From: Selaginella moellendorffii
Taxonomy: Eukaryota; Plantae; Lycopodiophyta
NCBI RefSeq assembly: GCF_000143415.4
Contig: NW_003314261.1
Span: forward strand, 3,836,880-3,900,879
DNA: 64,000 nucleotides
Direction of reading: 5' to 3'
Both the position numbers and the translations under genes were made by a program. The notes below the pieces were generated by a model that saw only the letters and a list, made by a program, of their open reading frames with translations, searched no databases and was not told the origin of the DNA. Shown piece after piece: positions 21,502 through 34,613 of the stretch. The number at the start of each line of letters is the position of its first letter. Position 1 is the stretch's first letter.

Positions 21502-23529
21502 ATGGTGGAGGGAGCGCCGAGCTCCAAAACGGTGGCGGATGCCACCACCGCGCTCTCAGGTATTGATTTTCACTGTTTCGATCTTCAAGCTTAGATGTTG
21601 TGAAAATGCAGCTCGCGAAGCTGTCGGCGATTTACTGAACGCTTCCCTTACTGGAACTTTGGAGGAGTTTCAAGGTAAAATCTGGTTTATTTCGAGAAGA
21701 AGAAGAAGAAGAAGGACTAGGACGATTCTAAATCTTTGTGTGTGTGTGTGTGTGTGTGTGCTCCAGATGCTGCAAAGAAAATGGCACAAGGACAGGAGGC
21801 TATCGTGGATGTCATTGCTGCAGTAAAAGATGCCAATGGTCGCGGACCACTTCACTTTGCTGCTCGCGGAGGAAATCTCCAAGTCTGCAAAGAGCTCGTG
21901 GAGAATTTCCATCTGGAAGTGGATCAGAAAGACAACGATGGTGTGTTTTGTGACCTTATCGACTTAAGACTTTTCGTTTGGTTTTGTTTTTGCAGGAGAG
22001 ACTCCACTGATCCATGCGGCACGACTGGGACACTTTGACACAGCTAAGTTTCTGATAGAGCATAACGCTCAAGTTTCGATGTCCTCACTGGACCTTGGAT
22101 CCACACCGCTGCATCATGCTGCGGGGATAGGTACCTTGAGCTAGAAAAGACATGAAATCTGACGATGTTTTTATATAGGCTCGATTGAATTGATGCGACT
22201 ATTCCTAGACAATGGTGCTAAGATCAACACTGAAAGTACTTCTGGAACGCCTCTAGTCTGGGCAGCCGGGCATGGAAACACAGAAGCCGTGAAGCTGTTA
22301 CTCGAAAGTGGTGCAAACGTACGGCACTTTCAGAAAAAAGAAAAACGTTCCACCACTTCTGATTCTATGACTTTAGCCAAACATACTTGCAGAGAATGGC
22401 GTGAGTGCATTGATATCCGGAGCAGCCACTGGATCTTACGACGTTGTTTCTCTCCTGATCAGGGTATGTCATAAGTTCTCCAGTTTTTGGAAACTTTTTT
22501 TTTCTCTATTAACTCACTCTTGATACAGCATGGTGCCGATGTAAACATCAGCGCTGGTGGAGTAACTGCATTACATGTAGCTGCTGACACTGGAGACGAG
22601 AAGATGGTGAAATGTCTTCTAGACGCTGGAGCCGATCCCAACGCTCAAGACGAGGTATGTCGTGAGCTTCAGTTTGTTGTTTTTTTTCCGTTAGGTGCTG
22701 TTGTTTAACTCGGTTTTTCTACTACTTTGGTGTTTCAGGATGGTGCCAAGCCTATCCAAGCCGCTGCTGCCAGAAACTCTCGCTCGATCGTGCAGATGCT
22801 TCTCCCTCTCACGTCACAAGACGCAAAGGATAACGAGTGGAGTGTGGACGATCTCATCGCCAGAGAAGCGCCTCCAAGGACGACGGAGGTCAGAGTTTCT
22901 ATCCTTTTCCTCCACTGATGGATCGATCCATGTTGCTGCAGATATCTCAAGAAATGCTGGACAAAGCCAGTGAAGCCAAATCGAGAGGTACTGAAGCTTT
23001 CAACCGGAAAGATTACTTGATTGCTATAGATGCATACACACAGGTCATACACACACCTTTTCTTCTTTTTTCTTATTCTTTTCGGCGTGTTATTGTGCTT
23101 ACTGTGTTGATTCCAGGCCCTTGATATAAATCCTACCGATGCTTCGCTCTACTCAAACCGGAGTGTGTGTTGGATACGAGCTGGCCAAGCCGAGCAGGCA
23201 CTCAAAGACGCAAAGGCGGCAGTGGATTTAAGACCAGACTGGGCCAAGGCACGGTATCGAGAAGGCGTTGCATTGAGGCTTTTAGAGGTAAGTAGCTTCC
23301 AATACTTTCTCGGGTCTAGAACTCACAGTAAACTCTATCAAAACAGCGATTCGAGGAGGCTGCTACTGCGTTCTACGATGGTATCAAACTGGAACCAAAC
23401 AACAAGGAGTTGCAAGAAGCTTTCAGGTAGCCATTGTTTTCTATCCTAGTTTCTATATCCCGGGTTGATCACAGGTTAGCCGTCGAGACTGGGAAGAAAC
23501 ATCACGCGAACAATCAAAAGACAGTGTAA
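21502..23529 (+). CDS. Ankyrin-repeat plus TPR protein, multi-exon
   Basis: GRGPLHFAA, TPLVWAAGHG, TALHVAA; AKSRGTEAFNRKDY..AIDAYTQ, RPDWAKARYREG. Confidence 0.9.
21737..21760. repeat. (TG)n microsatellite in an intron
   Basis: Visible dinucleotide run. Confidence 0.9.
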
Positions 23530-23586
23530 AGTCGTGAGAGAAAAAAATCATCGCTTTCTTTCTTAACACTTCGTTCTAGAAGTAAT

Positions 23587-25793
23587 TTACATAGTGACTG
23601 ATGTTAGCAGCTCACATAGCGCAGCCTTCCCAGCTCTTTTCACGTACAATCGAGCAAAAGGTAGCAACACCTCGTCGAGCATTTCGTGGCCACCGTCCAG
23701 AGGTGGCTTGATGGCCTTTCGTATCAGCTCGGTTAGCTCCATGCTCCCCCTGGCCGAGACGTAGGCCTGGAAGCTCTCGAGGAGGGCCTCTCGGAGGTAA
23801 TGGTGGTCGTCTGGCGGTGGCGGCGGCCTTGGCTTGAGGAATGCGTGCTCCAAGAGCTGGGGTATCCTCGGCCGCTTGTCCTTGTCCCACATAAGGCAGC
23901 TCTTCATCACGTCCACGATGAGCGGGTTGGACACTGGCGGGAAGTTGATTACATGGTTCTCGTTGGTGATCTCTCGGATCTTCTGGTAAAAACTGAGGTG
24001 GGAGAATGGTGTCCGGCCGTAAACCATCTGGTAAAGGATGCATCCAAGCGACCATATGTCTGACGCGCGACCACACTTGACGGTTCCCTGCTCGTCCCTC
24101 GAGTTCATGAGGAACGCTTCCGGGGACATGTAGTTGAGGGTCCCAACCTGGAAACGCAAGAGCTCTCGATGTTTATCAAAGAAAGTAACGAAGAAGCTTT
24201 GTACCTGAGACTCTCGCACGATGTTGGTTGTGTCGTTTTGTATGGCTTTGGCGATCCCAAAGTCGATAAGCTTGAGAGCTCCTTGGACGAGGAGAAAGTT
24301 CGCGGGCTTGAGGTCGGCATGGACGATCCGCTCTTCGTGTATTGTATTCACAGCTTTCAAGATATGCTGCAAATGGAAGACAAGTTTAAACGAAGACGAC
24401 GAGCTAGAATGTTTTACCTCCCAATGCAACCGCAACCAATTCTCATCAAGCTGTCCATCCTCGCTTTTCTTCCGCTCAAGAATGCGTGCTAAGTCAATCT
24501 CTCCGTACTCCAGCACCATGTAAATCCGCACGTCGTTAAGGATTTCACCATGGGCAGCAGCACTATCGGACCTGAAGATGGTTTTATCGGTCACCTGAAG
24601 AATAGACGCAACTGAGCACGATAGTTTACCAGCGTCGACACGTACCTCGTAATCTATAAGTTGGATAATGTGATTCTTTCCTTTCAGACGCTCCAAGTAT
24701 TCGATCTCCTGATGAAAACCGCAAGCTGTCTGATGATCCCGTCCTTTCAAGATGATCCTCTTGAGAGCGTAAATTGTGCAGTCTTGGGCGATGACTTTGA
24801 ATACGTGACTGCTTCCACCGCTTCCGATTTTCCCAAGCTTCTGATACCTCTTGTTGTTCACCCACACAAAGTTCGCATTCTCTCTTGTCTTGCCGCGAGA
24901 AGAATCACTCTCCTTGCTCTCTGTGACAACTTTGTCGTGAACATTGGCACCCTCGGCAACTTTCACTTCCTGCTGCTGTGACCGCAAGCTGTGAAGCTCT
25001 TCCTTCACACCACTGAAACCGTTTAGAAGCTTGGAGGCACCTCCTCCTTGCTTGCTCTCAATCTGCTGAAATTGCTTGCTTTCTGAAACTTGGATTTGCT
25101 GGTTTTCTGCCACTACGACTTGGTGATGGTTCACTACGTGGACCTCCTGGTTCTTAGCTACCTGGACTAGCTGATTCACTGCTACTTCGCTTTGCTGCCG
25201 GGACTCCACCACCTCGACTTGGTCGTGACGGATCTCTGCGAGGAGCTCACTTTGTTTTTGCTGGTTCTCTGCTTGTAAGTCGTTTTGCTTCTGTTGGTTC
25301 TCGGCAGCCTCAAGTGATTCGTCTGAGCCAGTGCTGTCGTCCCCACGAAGAACGCGTCTAGGCCGACCTGGAATCAAGCAAACTCCAAAGTAAGAGCTCT
25401 CTTTCTCACTCTTCGCCGAAGCCCGAGAAGAAACTTACCTAGCAACTTAAACCTGGAGTTTCTAAACGTTCCAGGAGCGCAAATCCCCGCGATCGTCCCA
25501 AGATTTGGAGCGATGCTCCCGGATGCCGTGTTGTGATGCGCACTCCCGATCGCCGCGCGTGCCTCGTCGGTGATACCAGACGCATCCCAGCCTGCATTGG
25601 CGGATGGAACCGCGAGGTCGTGATCCCTGAGCTCCACGGAGCTTCCAGGGGCGAAAATCCCCGAGATCGTACCCAAACCCGGTCCTGTGTGTCCCAGCAC
25701 CGCATTGTGATGCGCGGAGCCGAGCACCGGGCGCGCTTCTTCTGTGAGGATCGATGCTACGCCTGCGGCTGGAGGAGCGAGCTCATTCTCCAT
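23587..25793 (-). CDS. MPS1: MPS1/TTK-family spindle-checkpoint kinase, multi-exon; start uncertain
   Basis: [66 protein letters not shown]. Confidence 0.88.
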
Positions 25794-26949
25794 AGAACTT
25801 CCATGGAACAAAACAAGAACCCTAGCTAGGTAGGAGTGAAAAAAATATTTGCTACCCGGTTAAAATGGTAAAAGAGACGTCACTCGCGATATGGATGGAC
25901 GCCCACGATTGCAAGGTTTGAAGGAGCAGCGAGCGAGGGAAGGCGGAGAAGGCGCTCTTCGCGATTTGGCATCGATCGATCCGGTAAGTAGTGCATTGCA
26001 TTGGAAGGGAATTTTGGGAGATTTGGCTGCTCTCAGCGCTGCGAATCCGTGCGATCAGGGTTTGCGTGGCCTGAAAATCTCGATTGCCAGCGCCCTAAAC
26101 CCAGGCGCTTCGCGTGATATTGGCATTTCGATGATTTCATCAAGCTTCTCGTCTTGATCGATCGTCTTGTCTTGTGTCGATGGATTTGCCTTTTTTTTTT
26201 CTTGGTTCTTTCTTCTTGGTGGTTTTCTTTAAGAGAGCGACTGGACTGGCATCCTTTTTTTTTCCCGTGTTATCGCAAAAGAAATCTCGCTAACACGATG
26301 ACCACTTTCCGCTTGAACAGGAAGAGCAACGAGATGAGCATGAGAATCCCGAGCAAGGAAAGAATAAAAATCCAGTCTCTCAAGAACAACCATCATCTAC
26401 TAGTCTGCCGGATCGTCCTTGGTCCGGACCACGCAAAGAAGCTGAGAGCTTGATTCCAATTCCAGCACTGGAGTGGTCCTGTCGTGATCAAACGCAACGA
26501 TCCAGCTTACGTGCCAGGAACTTAAGCGCAGCGATGGAAGATCAAACAAGAAAGGAAGAGATATCTGCAAAAGTGGATTGGACAGGCTAGATTTCCAGCA
26601 CCTTGCGCAGCGGGTCACAGACACAGACACAAGCGTCTCGGTGATCCGGTGGTGGCATCCTAGCCGTTGGTGTGGTTGACGGCAATCCATAGGAAAGCAA
26701 AGGTGGGAGCTTATTTAGCAGCGGGTGGATAACGACGATTATCGGCCGGTATATTAAACTTTGACTGGCACAGAGCCTCCAGCAGCAGCGGTGCCGGAGC
26801 CGAGCAAAGCTTTCCTCGCTCTCCTCGGCTCTCTCGCTCAACTCGAGAGAACGGGATCGGTGCGTCAGCAGGGGTGGGAAAAGAAGGAAGGGGGCTGTAC
26901 CGGGATCCTCTTTTTCGTAGATAGCGAAGTTAGCTCACCCGCACCGGAG

Positions 26950-29317
26950 ATGCATCAGCTTGCTCTCAAATTGTGCTCGTCCACGCCATTGGCACAGGTT
27001 TTCGCGCAGCAGCAGCAACACAAAAGGTGCCTGCCGGTGGCGACTTGCTCCAGATCCTCGTCATGGGAGACCGCTAGAGGCTCCGAGTTTAGGGGCAGGT
27101 CCATGCATGCCGAGGTCAAGAAGATGAGCGTTTTGGGGTTCAGCAACAGGCTCCGGCTGCCGTCTTTGGTGAGAGCACGCGCCAGTGGTGAGTTTTTCTT
27201 TTCTGCTTTCTCCTCTCCTGGCTCTCGGAGCCTGATCTGATTGATCCCGGGAGTGCTCCATCGCTTCTTGGGGGCTTAGATCTTTAAGGCATTGATCTAC
27301 TCACTGGGTTTTCCATGCAGACGGTGAGATGCAAGAATTTGTCGACAAAAAGTCGTCTTCTGGAGGAGCAGTACTGCCTTATGTGGCAATCGCGAGCCTG
27401 GGAGCATTTCTGTTTGGCTACCATCTCGGGTATGGCTAATTTCTGGCACGCTTCGCTCTCAATCTGCTCCTCTGGACAGGGTTGTAAATGGAGCTCTGGA
27501 GTACCTCGCCAAGGACCTTGGCTTCGCTGGCAACGCTGTTCTACAGGGTAATGCGTTCTAGAGCTCCTCCTGCGCTTTCAGTGACGCGTTCACACTTTAC
27601 AGGATGGGTTGTGAGCTCCACGCTGGCTGGTGCGACTATTGGATCCTTCACCGGTGGATCCCTGGCTGATAAAATCGGCCGCAGGCACACGTTTCAGCTC
27701 GATGCGTTGCCGCTCGCGATTGGAGCATTTCTCAGGTCAATCTCGTTTTCTTATCGTTTTACCAGCACTTAATATTCGAAAAGTCGCATGCAGTGCAACA
27801 GCGACCACTGTGCAGGCCATGATAGCAGGAAGGTTTCTGGTGGGGGTCGGAATAGGAGTCACGTCCTCTATTGTACCTCTCTACATTTCTGAGGTTGGTG
27901 TCACCAAAGATCACTCAGCTTAAAACCTTAGCTTATCCGGCAAGTGCAGATTTCCCCAACTGAAATCCGCGGAGCCCTCGGCTCGGTTAATCAGCTGTTC
28001 ATTTGCATCGGTATTTTGGCCGCACTGGTTGCTGGGTTACCCTTGGCTGGAAATCATGGATGGTAAACTTCAGCTTTGCGATAGAAAATGGAACTGAAAA
28101 TGACCCAAGTCTATGATGCAGGTGGCGTTCTATGTTCACTTTGGCTACTGTACCGGCGATTCTTATGTGGCTAGGAATGGTGTTCTCTCCTGAGAGCCCA
28201 AGGTGGCTGTATAACGTAAGAGATTTTTATTTTTTTGGAGGTTTTTCTCTTTCTTACAACATTTTAAATGCAGCAAGGACGGCCTGCCGATGCCGAGAAG
28301 GCCATTGAACGTCTGTGGGGAAGGGCCAGAGTGAATGATGCCATGGCGGAGTTGAGAGGTAGCGGTAGCAAACAGGATTCTTCTGAGGAGAGCGCTGGCT
28401 TTGGCGACTTGTTTAGTCGACGTTATCGCAGAGGTATGACAGCCTTTTCCTCATTTTTCTTCTTTGATTTAAATCTTTTATGGTCGATGCAGTTGTAGGC
28501 GTTGGGGCAACGTTGTTCTTGCTTCAACAGTTTGCTGGTATCAATGCAGTTGTTTATTACTCAACTGCAGTGTTTCGGAGCGCCGGCATCACGTCCGATG
28601 TTGCAGCGAGTGCGCTCGTTGGAGCTGCCAACGTCTTTGGTACGCGTAGCTCTCCTCTGTTTCCTTCGTCTAACTCGACACCATTTCAGGAACTGCTGTG
28701 GCCGCATCACTGATGGACAAACAAGGACGCAAAAAGCTTCTTATCACAAGTTTTGCGGGAATGGTAAGGCCTTTCAAGCTTGTCCCATTCGCTGATCTTA
28801 TCCGTCGTGTGGCAGTCAATATCAATGCTCGTATTGGCCCTTGCTCTTTCATGGAAGGCATTGGAGGCTTACTCTGGATCCTTGGCTGTTCTGGGGACTG
28901 TAACGTAAGTGCAATCCTTGTCTCATGATGTTTGTCTCTCTAACGAAAACTATGGCGTTTCTTTCCAGATATGTTCTTTCTTTCTCGCTGGGGGCTGGTC
29001 CCGTGCCCGGTCTACTTCTTCCGGAGATATTCGCGAACAAAATCCGAGCGAAGGCTGTTTCACTGTGCATGGGTGTGCACTGGGTACGAAGAAGAATTGT
29101 TTTGCTAGCTTGTGCTAATGGGAGACGAATGCAGGTGTGTAACTTTGCAATTGGGCTCTGGTTCTTGAGTGTCGTCAACAAGTTCGGCGTGAGCAAAGTG
29201 TACTTGGCCTTCTCTAGCGTGTGCCTTCTGGCAGTGATCTACATTGCAAACAATGTGGTGGAGACCAAAGGACGGTCCCTGGAAGAAATCGAGCTGGAGC
29301 TCACGCCTGCTGTCTAG
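26950..29317 (+). CDS. pGlcT: Plastidic glucose transporter (MFS sugar porter), multi-exon
   Basis: Transit-peptide-like N-terminus; FGYHLGVVNGALEYL, LADKIGRR, PLYISEISPTEIRG, QQFAGINAVVYYS, VETKGRSLEEIE. Confidence 0.9.
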
Positions 29318-30309
29318 CAAAAAGAGGAGAAGCTCTGAATGACAATTTTGCTCTATGAACTGTTTGGAAAAGCTTTCAGAAAAGAGCAGATTTTCTTTTA
29401 TAAAACATGATTAAATCTCCACCGTCGATCAAAGTTCATCGTAGCCGTCTAGTTATACCCGTTGACAGGCTCTGAAAACCAGGTCAGCCTAGAAGAAGCG
29501 ATGGGGGAGCGACGCCGGTTTAGTGAGTGTCGTCCATGAGAGGAAGGTTTAGGGACCAGCGAGCTTCTCTCATGGCCAAGATCCACGGCTTCAATCCTCC
29601 AATTCTCGATGGATTGCAATAAAGACTGCAATCCCTTCCTCCAGCGTCGAGCAGCTCCCTGCTGGATGCCAATGGCAACCAAATATTTGAATAGCCATTC
29701 TTGCGAGAAATTTGATCCTTCGATAAACGTTAGGGAGTTTCTTAAATGAACTTTAGCACACGCCTTTCTCGCTTTGTCGAAGAAGAGCGGCATAGTTTTG
29801 TTCGCCATCTCGTTCTTGCTCCGCAATTGTTCTCGGCAGCCACCGAAAAAAAGCTTTTCCAGCTAGAGACACGAGTTGTCCGGAAAAAGAAGCAAGCAAA
29901 CGAATGCGAAAACCCTGGATGGAAAATAGCAAACCGGACTGGCTGCTGGCATTTGCTTGCCACTCGGACTTTTTTCACGACCAAGTCGTTGTCGAGGCCA
30001 GGCAACTCCACACACGGCTTGTAGATCTTGCTGCTGCTGCTGCAATGTATCCATAGCTCTCCCAGCACCTGATCCCTCTTGCTCGGGTCCACAGCCAGCA
30101 TCCTGGAAAGGAGATCTTCTGCCACAAATGAGAAAGGACCAATCAAGGTCCTCCTTTGCATAGACCTTCTTGGTCATTTTGGGAGAAGGCTTCATTGCTT
30201 TCTCTACACTTCTAGCAGACTCTGGCGCAGGCTCGGTCGGAATGGACACTGGCAGACTTCTTCTGTGGCCATGCCTACCGAGTCCCTCCAAATTTGTCCT
30301 AGTCTTGTC

Positions 30310-31822
30310 CCCCTGTGGATAGATGCCTCTACCTGGGACACCTGAGCCCCGAGGAGCTCGACCAGCTGTGCCACAGCAAAGATGTACCAGATGCCCGCTT
30401 TCACCTGCGGTTGCTCTCAGATTTCGCCCGAGAGCTGCTGCGGCACGACTTTGCCGATTCGCACGAAGACGATGAAGTGTGGGAGCCGCTGGAGCGGTCC
30501 TGGGAGCAGTTTTGTCTTAGCAAGGGGATGATTGTGCACCCTCGTCGCTTTGTGGATCGTTGGCAGACTGAATTGGAATCCTATCCTCTGGAGCCCCTCT
30601 GCACTCCACCACCTCTCTGCTTCATTGTTGGTAGCGCATGCTTTGATCTATTTTCCTTTGCCTGAGCCAACTTTTTGCAACAGGGGACAAGCTGACAGGG
30701 ATGAGCTCCCCGGCACCCGGATCTTTTGTTCTCTTCTCCGGTAGGCTTCATGGACCTGGGACGGTGTCCTATCCTTTTATCGTATCTGGGCGTACTAATT
30801 GAATCCTTCAGGAAAGCATGTCCTCAACATTTCGATCTTGTCTGCAAGTTGATGGAGAGCGACTATTTCTTGTGTTTGCCCCTGGCTGGAACCTCCGAAG
30901 GGCCAGCGAGGGTCATAAAGACGTGCAGGAGAGAGTGGCGAGAGCATATTCAGGGCTCATGGGCAACAGGAGTGCCATAGGCGAAACATATGCCAGGCGG
31001 ACGCCGTACTTTTATGGTGACATTTTCTTCATGCCGTTCCGCGTCAAGGAGGCGAGGCTTTTGCGCCGCGGGGTGTTCTACAGCCACCTCCTACGTTTGC
31101 TGGTGCTGGAGAGGCCCCCAAACTCCACCCTCCCGCACTACCACTCGCTCCTCAACTGTGCTACTCATGCGCGCCTCTGGCTTGACCGTTGCGACCTTCG
31201 AGTCTACTACGACCTCAGCTTGACGTGTACGTCTATTTTGCCCACTTGCTTTGTGAGGCTAACCGTGATCAATCGTCTGTGACGACAGATGGTGAAATAT
31301 GCACGAGAGGAGATGCGGCAGCGGAAAGTCAGGTAAACAAGTAGTGCACTGGTCAGTGTTTTCAAACTTGTTTTTCTTGTTTGTAGGCTCTTAAAGACGG
31401 GTACCTCGTGGAGCGGGGCCCGTCTATACTGGAGCTTAGCCTGAGGCAGGCCGCCATAGTGGTGTTCTGGTACGTAGAATCGGAGGATGTATGTAATCCA
31501 ATGCGTTGATCGTATCAGGCACAATCTTGGAAAACCATTCAACATGCGTCCAGAGGATTACAAGATTCCAGAGGAAGTGGAGCGAGGCAACGAGATGTTG
31601 TGGAAGGGAGTCAAGCAGCTGGGGCATACATGCAGTTTTGATAAACCTCTGCTTTCCCGACTGATGTTTGCGGCGTCCGTGTACATTGGTCGTGTCCCTT
31701 GGGAAACGGCAGCAAAGAGGAAATGGCTGTTCCGGCATGGTGAGCCCAAGCAGATAGACAGGAAAGCCATTTTGAATGCTCTACGTGAGAAAGACTTTGT
31801 CTTTCGCATGCGTCCAGGTTGA
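30310..31822 (+). pseudogene. Multi-exon orphan gene, apparently disrupted
   Basis: Coding-like segments split by short GT-AG introns (e.g. ~31226-31288, ~31333-31386) with stops or frameshifts; no recognised domain. Confidence 0.4.
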
Positions 31823-32449
31823 AAAGTACATTGTCCAACTTGAGATCCCGGTGAATAATGCCTCTCTACAATAAGCAGTTGATTGGCATATTAGATTTTA
31901 TTGCAAATGTGACTTTGAACCAAGAGCTACATTCTGGCTCGGGTGATTGCGAAGAGCGAGTAATCCTCTCCTTCAAAAGTGCTATCATTAGATTGCTACT
32001 AGAGAGTGACAGACTTGATTGGAAATACTGGCAACTCACCTTTGGATACAATTGCATACGTTGGACTGTAATCACAATATTCTTAGCATGGTCAATGATA
32101 TTACAATACGGCTTTTCGGTCTTTTTTGGGTTGGACTTGGCTCTCTATGCCCTCGAGGTTGATGCTGGTGCATCACATATTGATTGTCACACATGAGTGA
32201 CCTACTCACTTTCATTCTTCTCTCTATTGTTGGTCCCAGAACAATAAAATAATTCACCATTTTCACAAAAAAGTTGCAAAAGCTTGACAAATCATGTAGT
32301 ATAAAATCAAAACTCTCAAATCACAGACAAGAAGCTGAAGAGGAAGACTTAGAAAACAAATCAAACTTGTCAAAAAAGTTAGTAGTATTGCCCCAACCAA
32401 GAGGGTGATGCAATCCAATGTATTTAGCTATAAGTTAGGAACATGCTAC

Positions 32450-34400
32450 ATTGCAAGGTTGCAAAAATCACTATCTTTTCCAAAGTATGTCTCTTAGCTT
32501 GTTTTGTAAAAAGTTTTTTTTTATATATAAGCAAGAATAAATGTTTAAGATTTATGAGAGAAATTTTTTATTACCACATTAGTAATAATTTTCTGTAGAT
32601 TTAATAATATAGTTAATATAAGATTATAAAAATGTTTACAATTTATAAACACAAGATTAATCTTATTGAATATCAATACCATTAGATGGTAGAATAAATT
32701 AGAATATACTAGGAAGTGTTTAGGAAAGTTTGTAAATTATAAATACAAGATTAATCTAAATGAATAACAACAGTAGAAAACCCTTAGAATATCAAAGCAT
32801 ATTTTAGGTATATACACTACCACCTACAAGTTTGCTAACCAATATTAATGAGCATGTTTTTCAGTGACATAGTTATTAAAGTTGAGATCCAAATATCCTC
32901 AAGTGTAACCCATAGCATAAATCTCCACTATATTAATATCCACTTGGTTTGCAAGGATGCCTTCATGGTTGAGCCTCTAAAACCACTACCTATTTATAAA
33001 ATTAAGGTAAAGAAGAATTTTCAAGAGCATTTATATTACTTGTTTATATTAAATTTTTTATATCTAATGGAATTTACCAATGAACTCAAAACAGTTTATA
33101 TGGTGATTTATTAAATATTACAAAAAAAGTAATGGATTGTATTTCAAAGTATACTTACATAGCATAACATAGCATGAAATTTCATATTAGTAGTGTTTAA
33201 TTATTCTCATTTGTTGCAAGTAAAAATTTCTAAACTAATGCCAGACACAGTATCTTAAACCGCTAATGCATAATGTGGCATGAGAGAGATATTTTTTAAT
33301 ATTATGGTGTAACATAAATAGTTATTTATAAACCCATATTATAATTTACTCATTTAGCAAAATTTTGAATTAAAATATATTTTCATCAATTCAATAAAAT
33401 TTTGAATAAAGTTTTTATATTTTTTTCCTTCAATAGTAGATTATAGCATAAAACTATTGTTCAAGTATTATTATTTATTTTGTTGAAAAATATTTATATG
33501 CTTAATCATATATCATATTTTTTAATATGAGCTCTATTTTATCTATGTCTAAAAAATATTAATATTTAATTTAAATTGTTAAAAAGACAAAAAAATACCT
33601 TACAAGCATAAATCTTTAGCAAAGATAAAGCAATTAAAGAAATAATATAGGAAAAAACTCAAAGGCGTTGCAATTAAAGAAGTAATTATTTATATCAATT
33701 AAGGAAAAAGTTAAGTGTATATTTTTTATATTCACTCTTGACATAAATTCTAGATTATAAGGATTAGATCTAAGACCATTTAATATTTTTATTTTATTTA
33801 GTCTTTTAGCTTATTAATTGTTTTTCCACTAAAAATTTATGCAAAACAAATGTAAAAATCACAAAGAGCACCAATGTAAATACTAAAAAAACTTGATTTC
33901 AAACATTTTTTTAAAACAAAAAAACTGTTTAAAACAAAGATATTATCCATAACATATATCAAAAGTACTACTAGTGAAGAATAAAGTAAAATTTATGATA
34001 ATATTATTAGAAAGGTCTCAGGTTTGACTTTATTGGTTGGTTATATATTGAACTTGATATTTCTTCTAAAAGGTAGGGTATTAAAAGAGTAACTCTTTTA
34101 GGAAAGTAATGTGATAGATTGTAAGTAACAAAAGAGAATAATTAATGAGTTTGTCTATATAAAAGATTGTGTCTTAACTTATTATTTTTTACTATACTGC
34201 TTGCTATTGTATGCAAGAGAATTTATCTAATCTTTGCAACTATTATCCTCTTCTAGCAATTAATTATAGACTACAAAAAATATTTATTTTTTATCAATAA
34301 AACGTTTTAAAATTGTTGAATATCAAAACTAAATCATCTCAACTTTAGAAAATATATTATGTATAAAATATTTAAAGTATAGTATATATGAAGCGCTCTT
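32450..34400. repeat. Very AT-rich non-coding block; part is homologous to ~59040-59250 (probable non-autonomous TE relic)
   Basis: Shared string AAATTATAAATACAA.ATTAAT..AAATGAATAA...CTAGAATAT...CACTACCA at ~32735-32825 and ~59138-59233. Confidence 0.55.
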
Positions 34401-34613
34401 GTAAAGCAGACGTCGAAACCCATCATCACAAACGAGGGCAAGAAGAGTATTCGAAATGAGATAAAGGCTCAAATCGCTAAGAGCGAGATAAAGCCGCCAA
34501 TTGCTAGGAGCAAGACAAAAACACCAATCGCAAGAAGCGAGACAAAGATATAATGCTAATTATTAAAGTATGAAAGACATATAATAATAATTATTTTGCA
34601 ACATTAACGAAAA

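Noticed and set aside
26150-26760. Short minus-strand ORFs as a small-peptide or miRNA gene
   Set aside because: No recognisable motif or convincing hairpin; could be UTR or promoter
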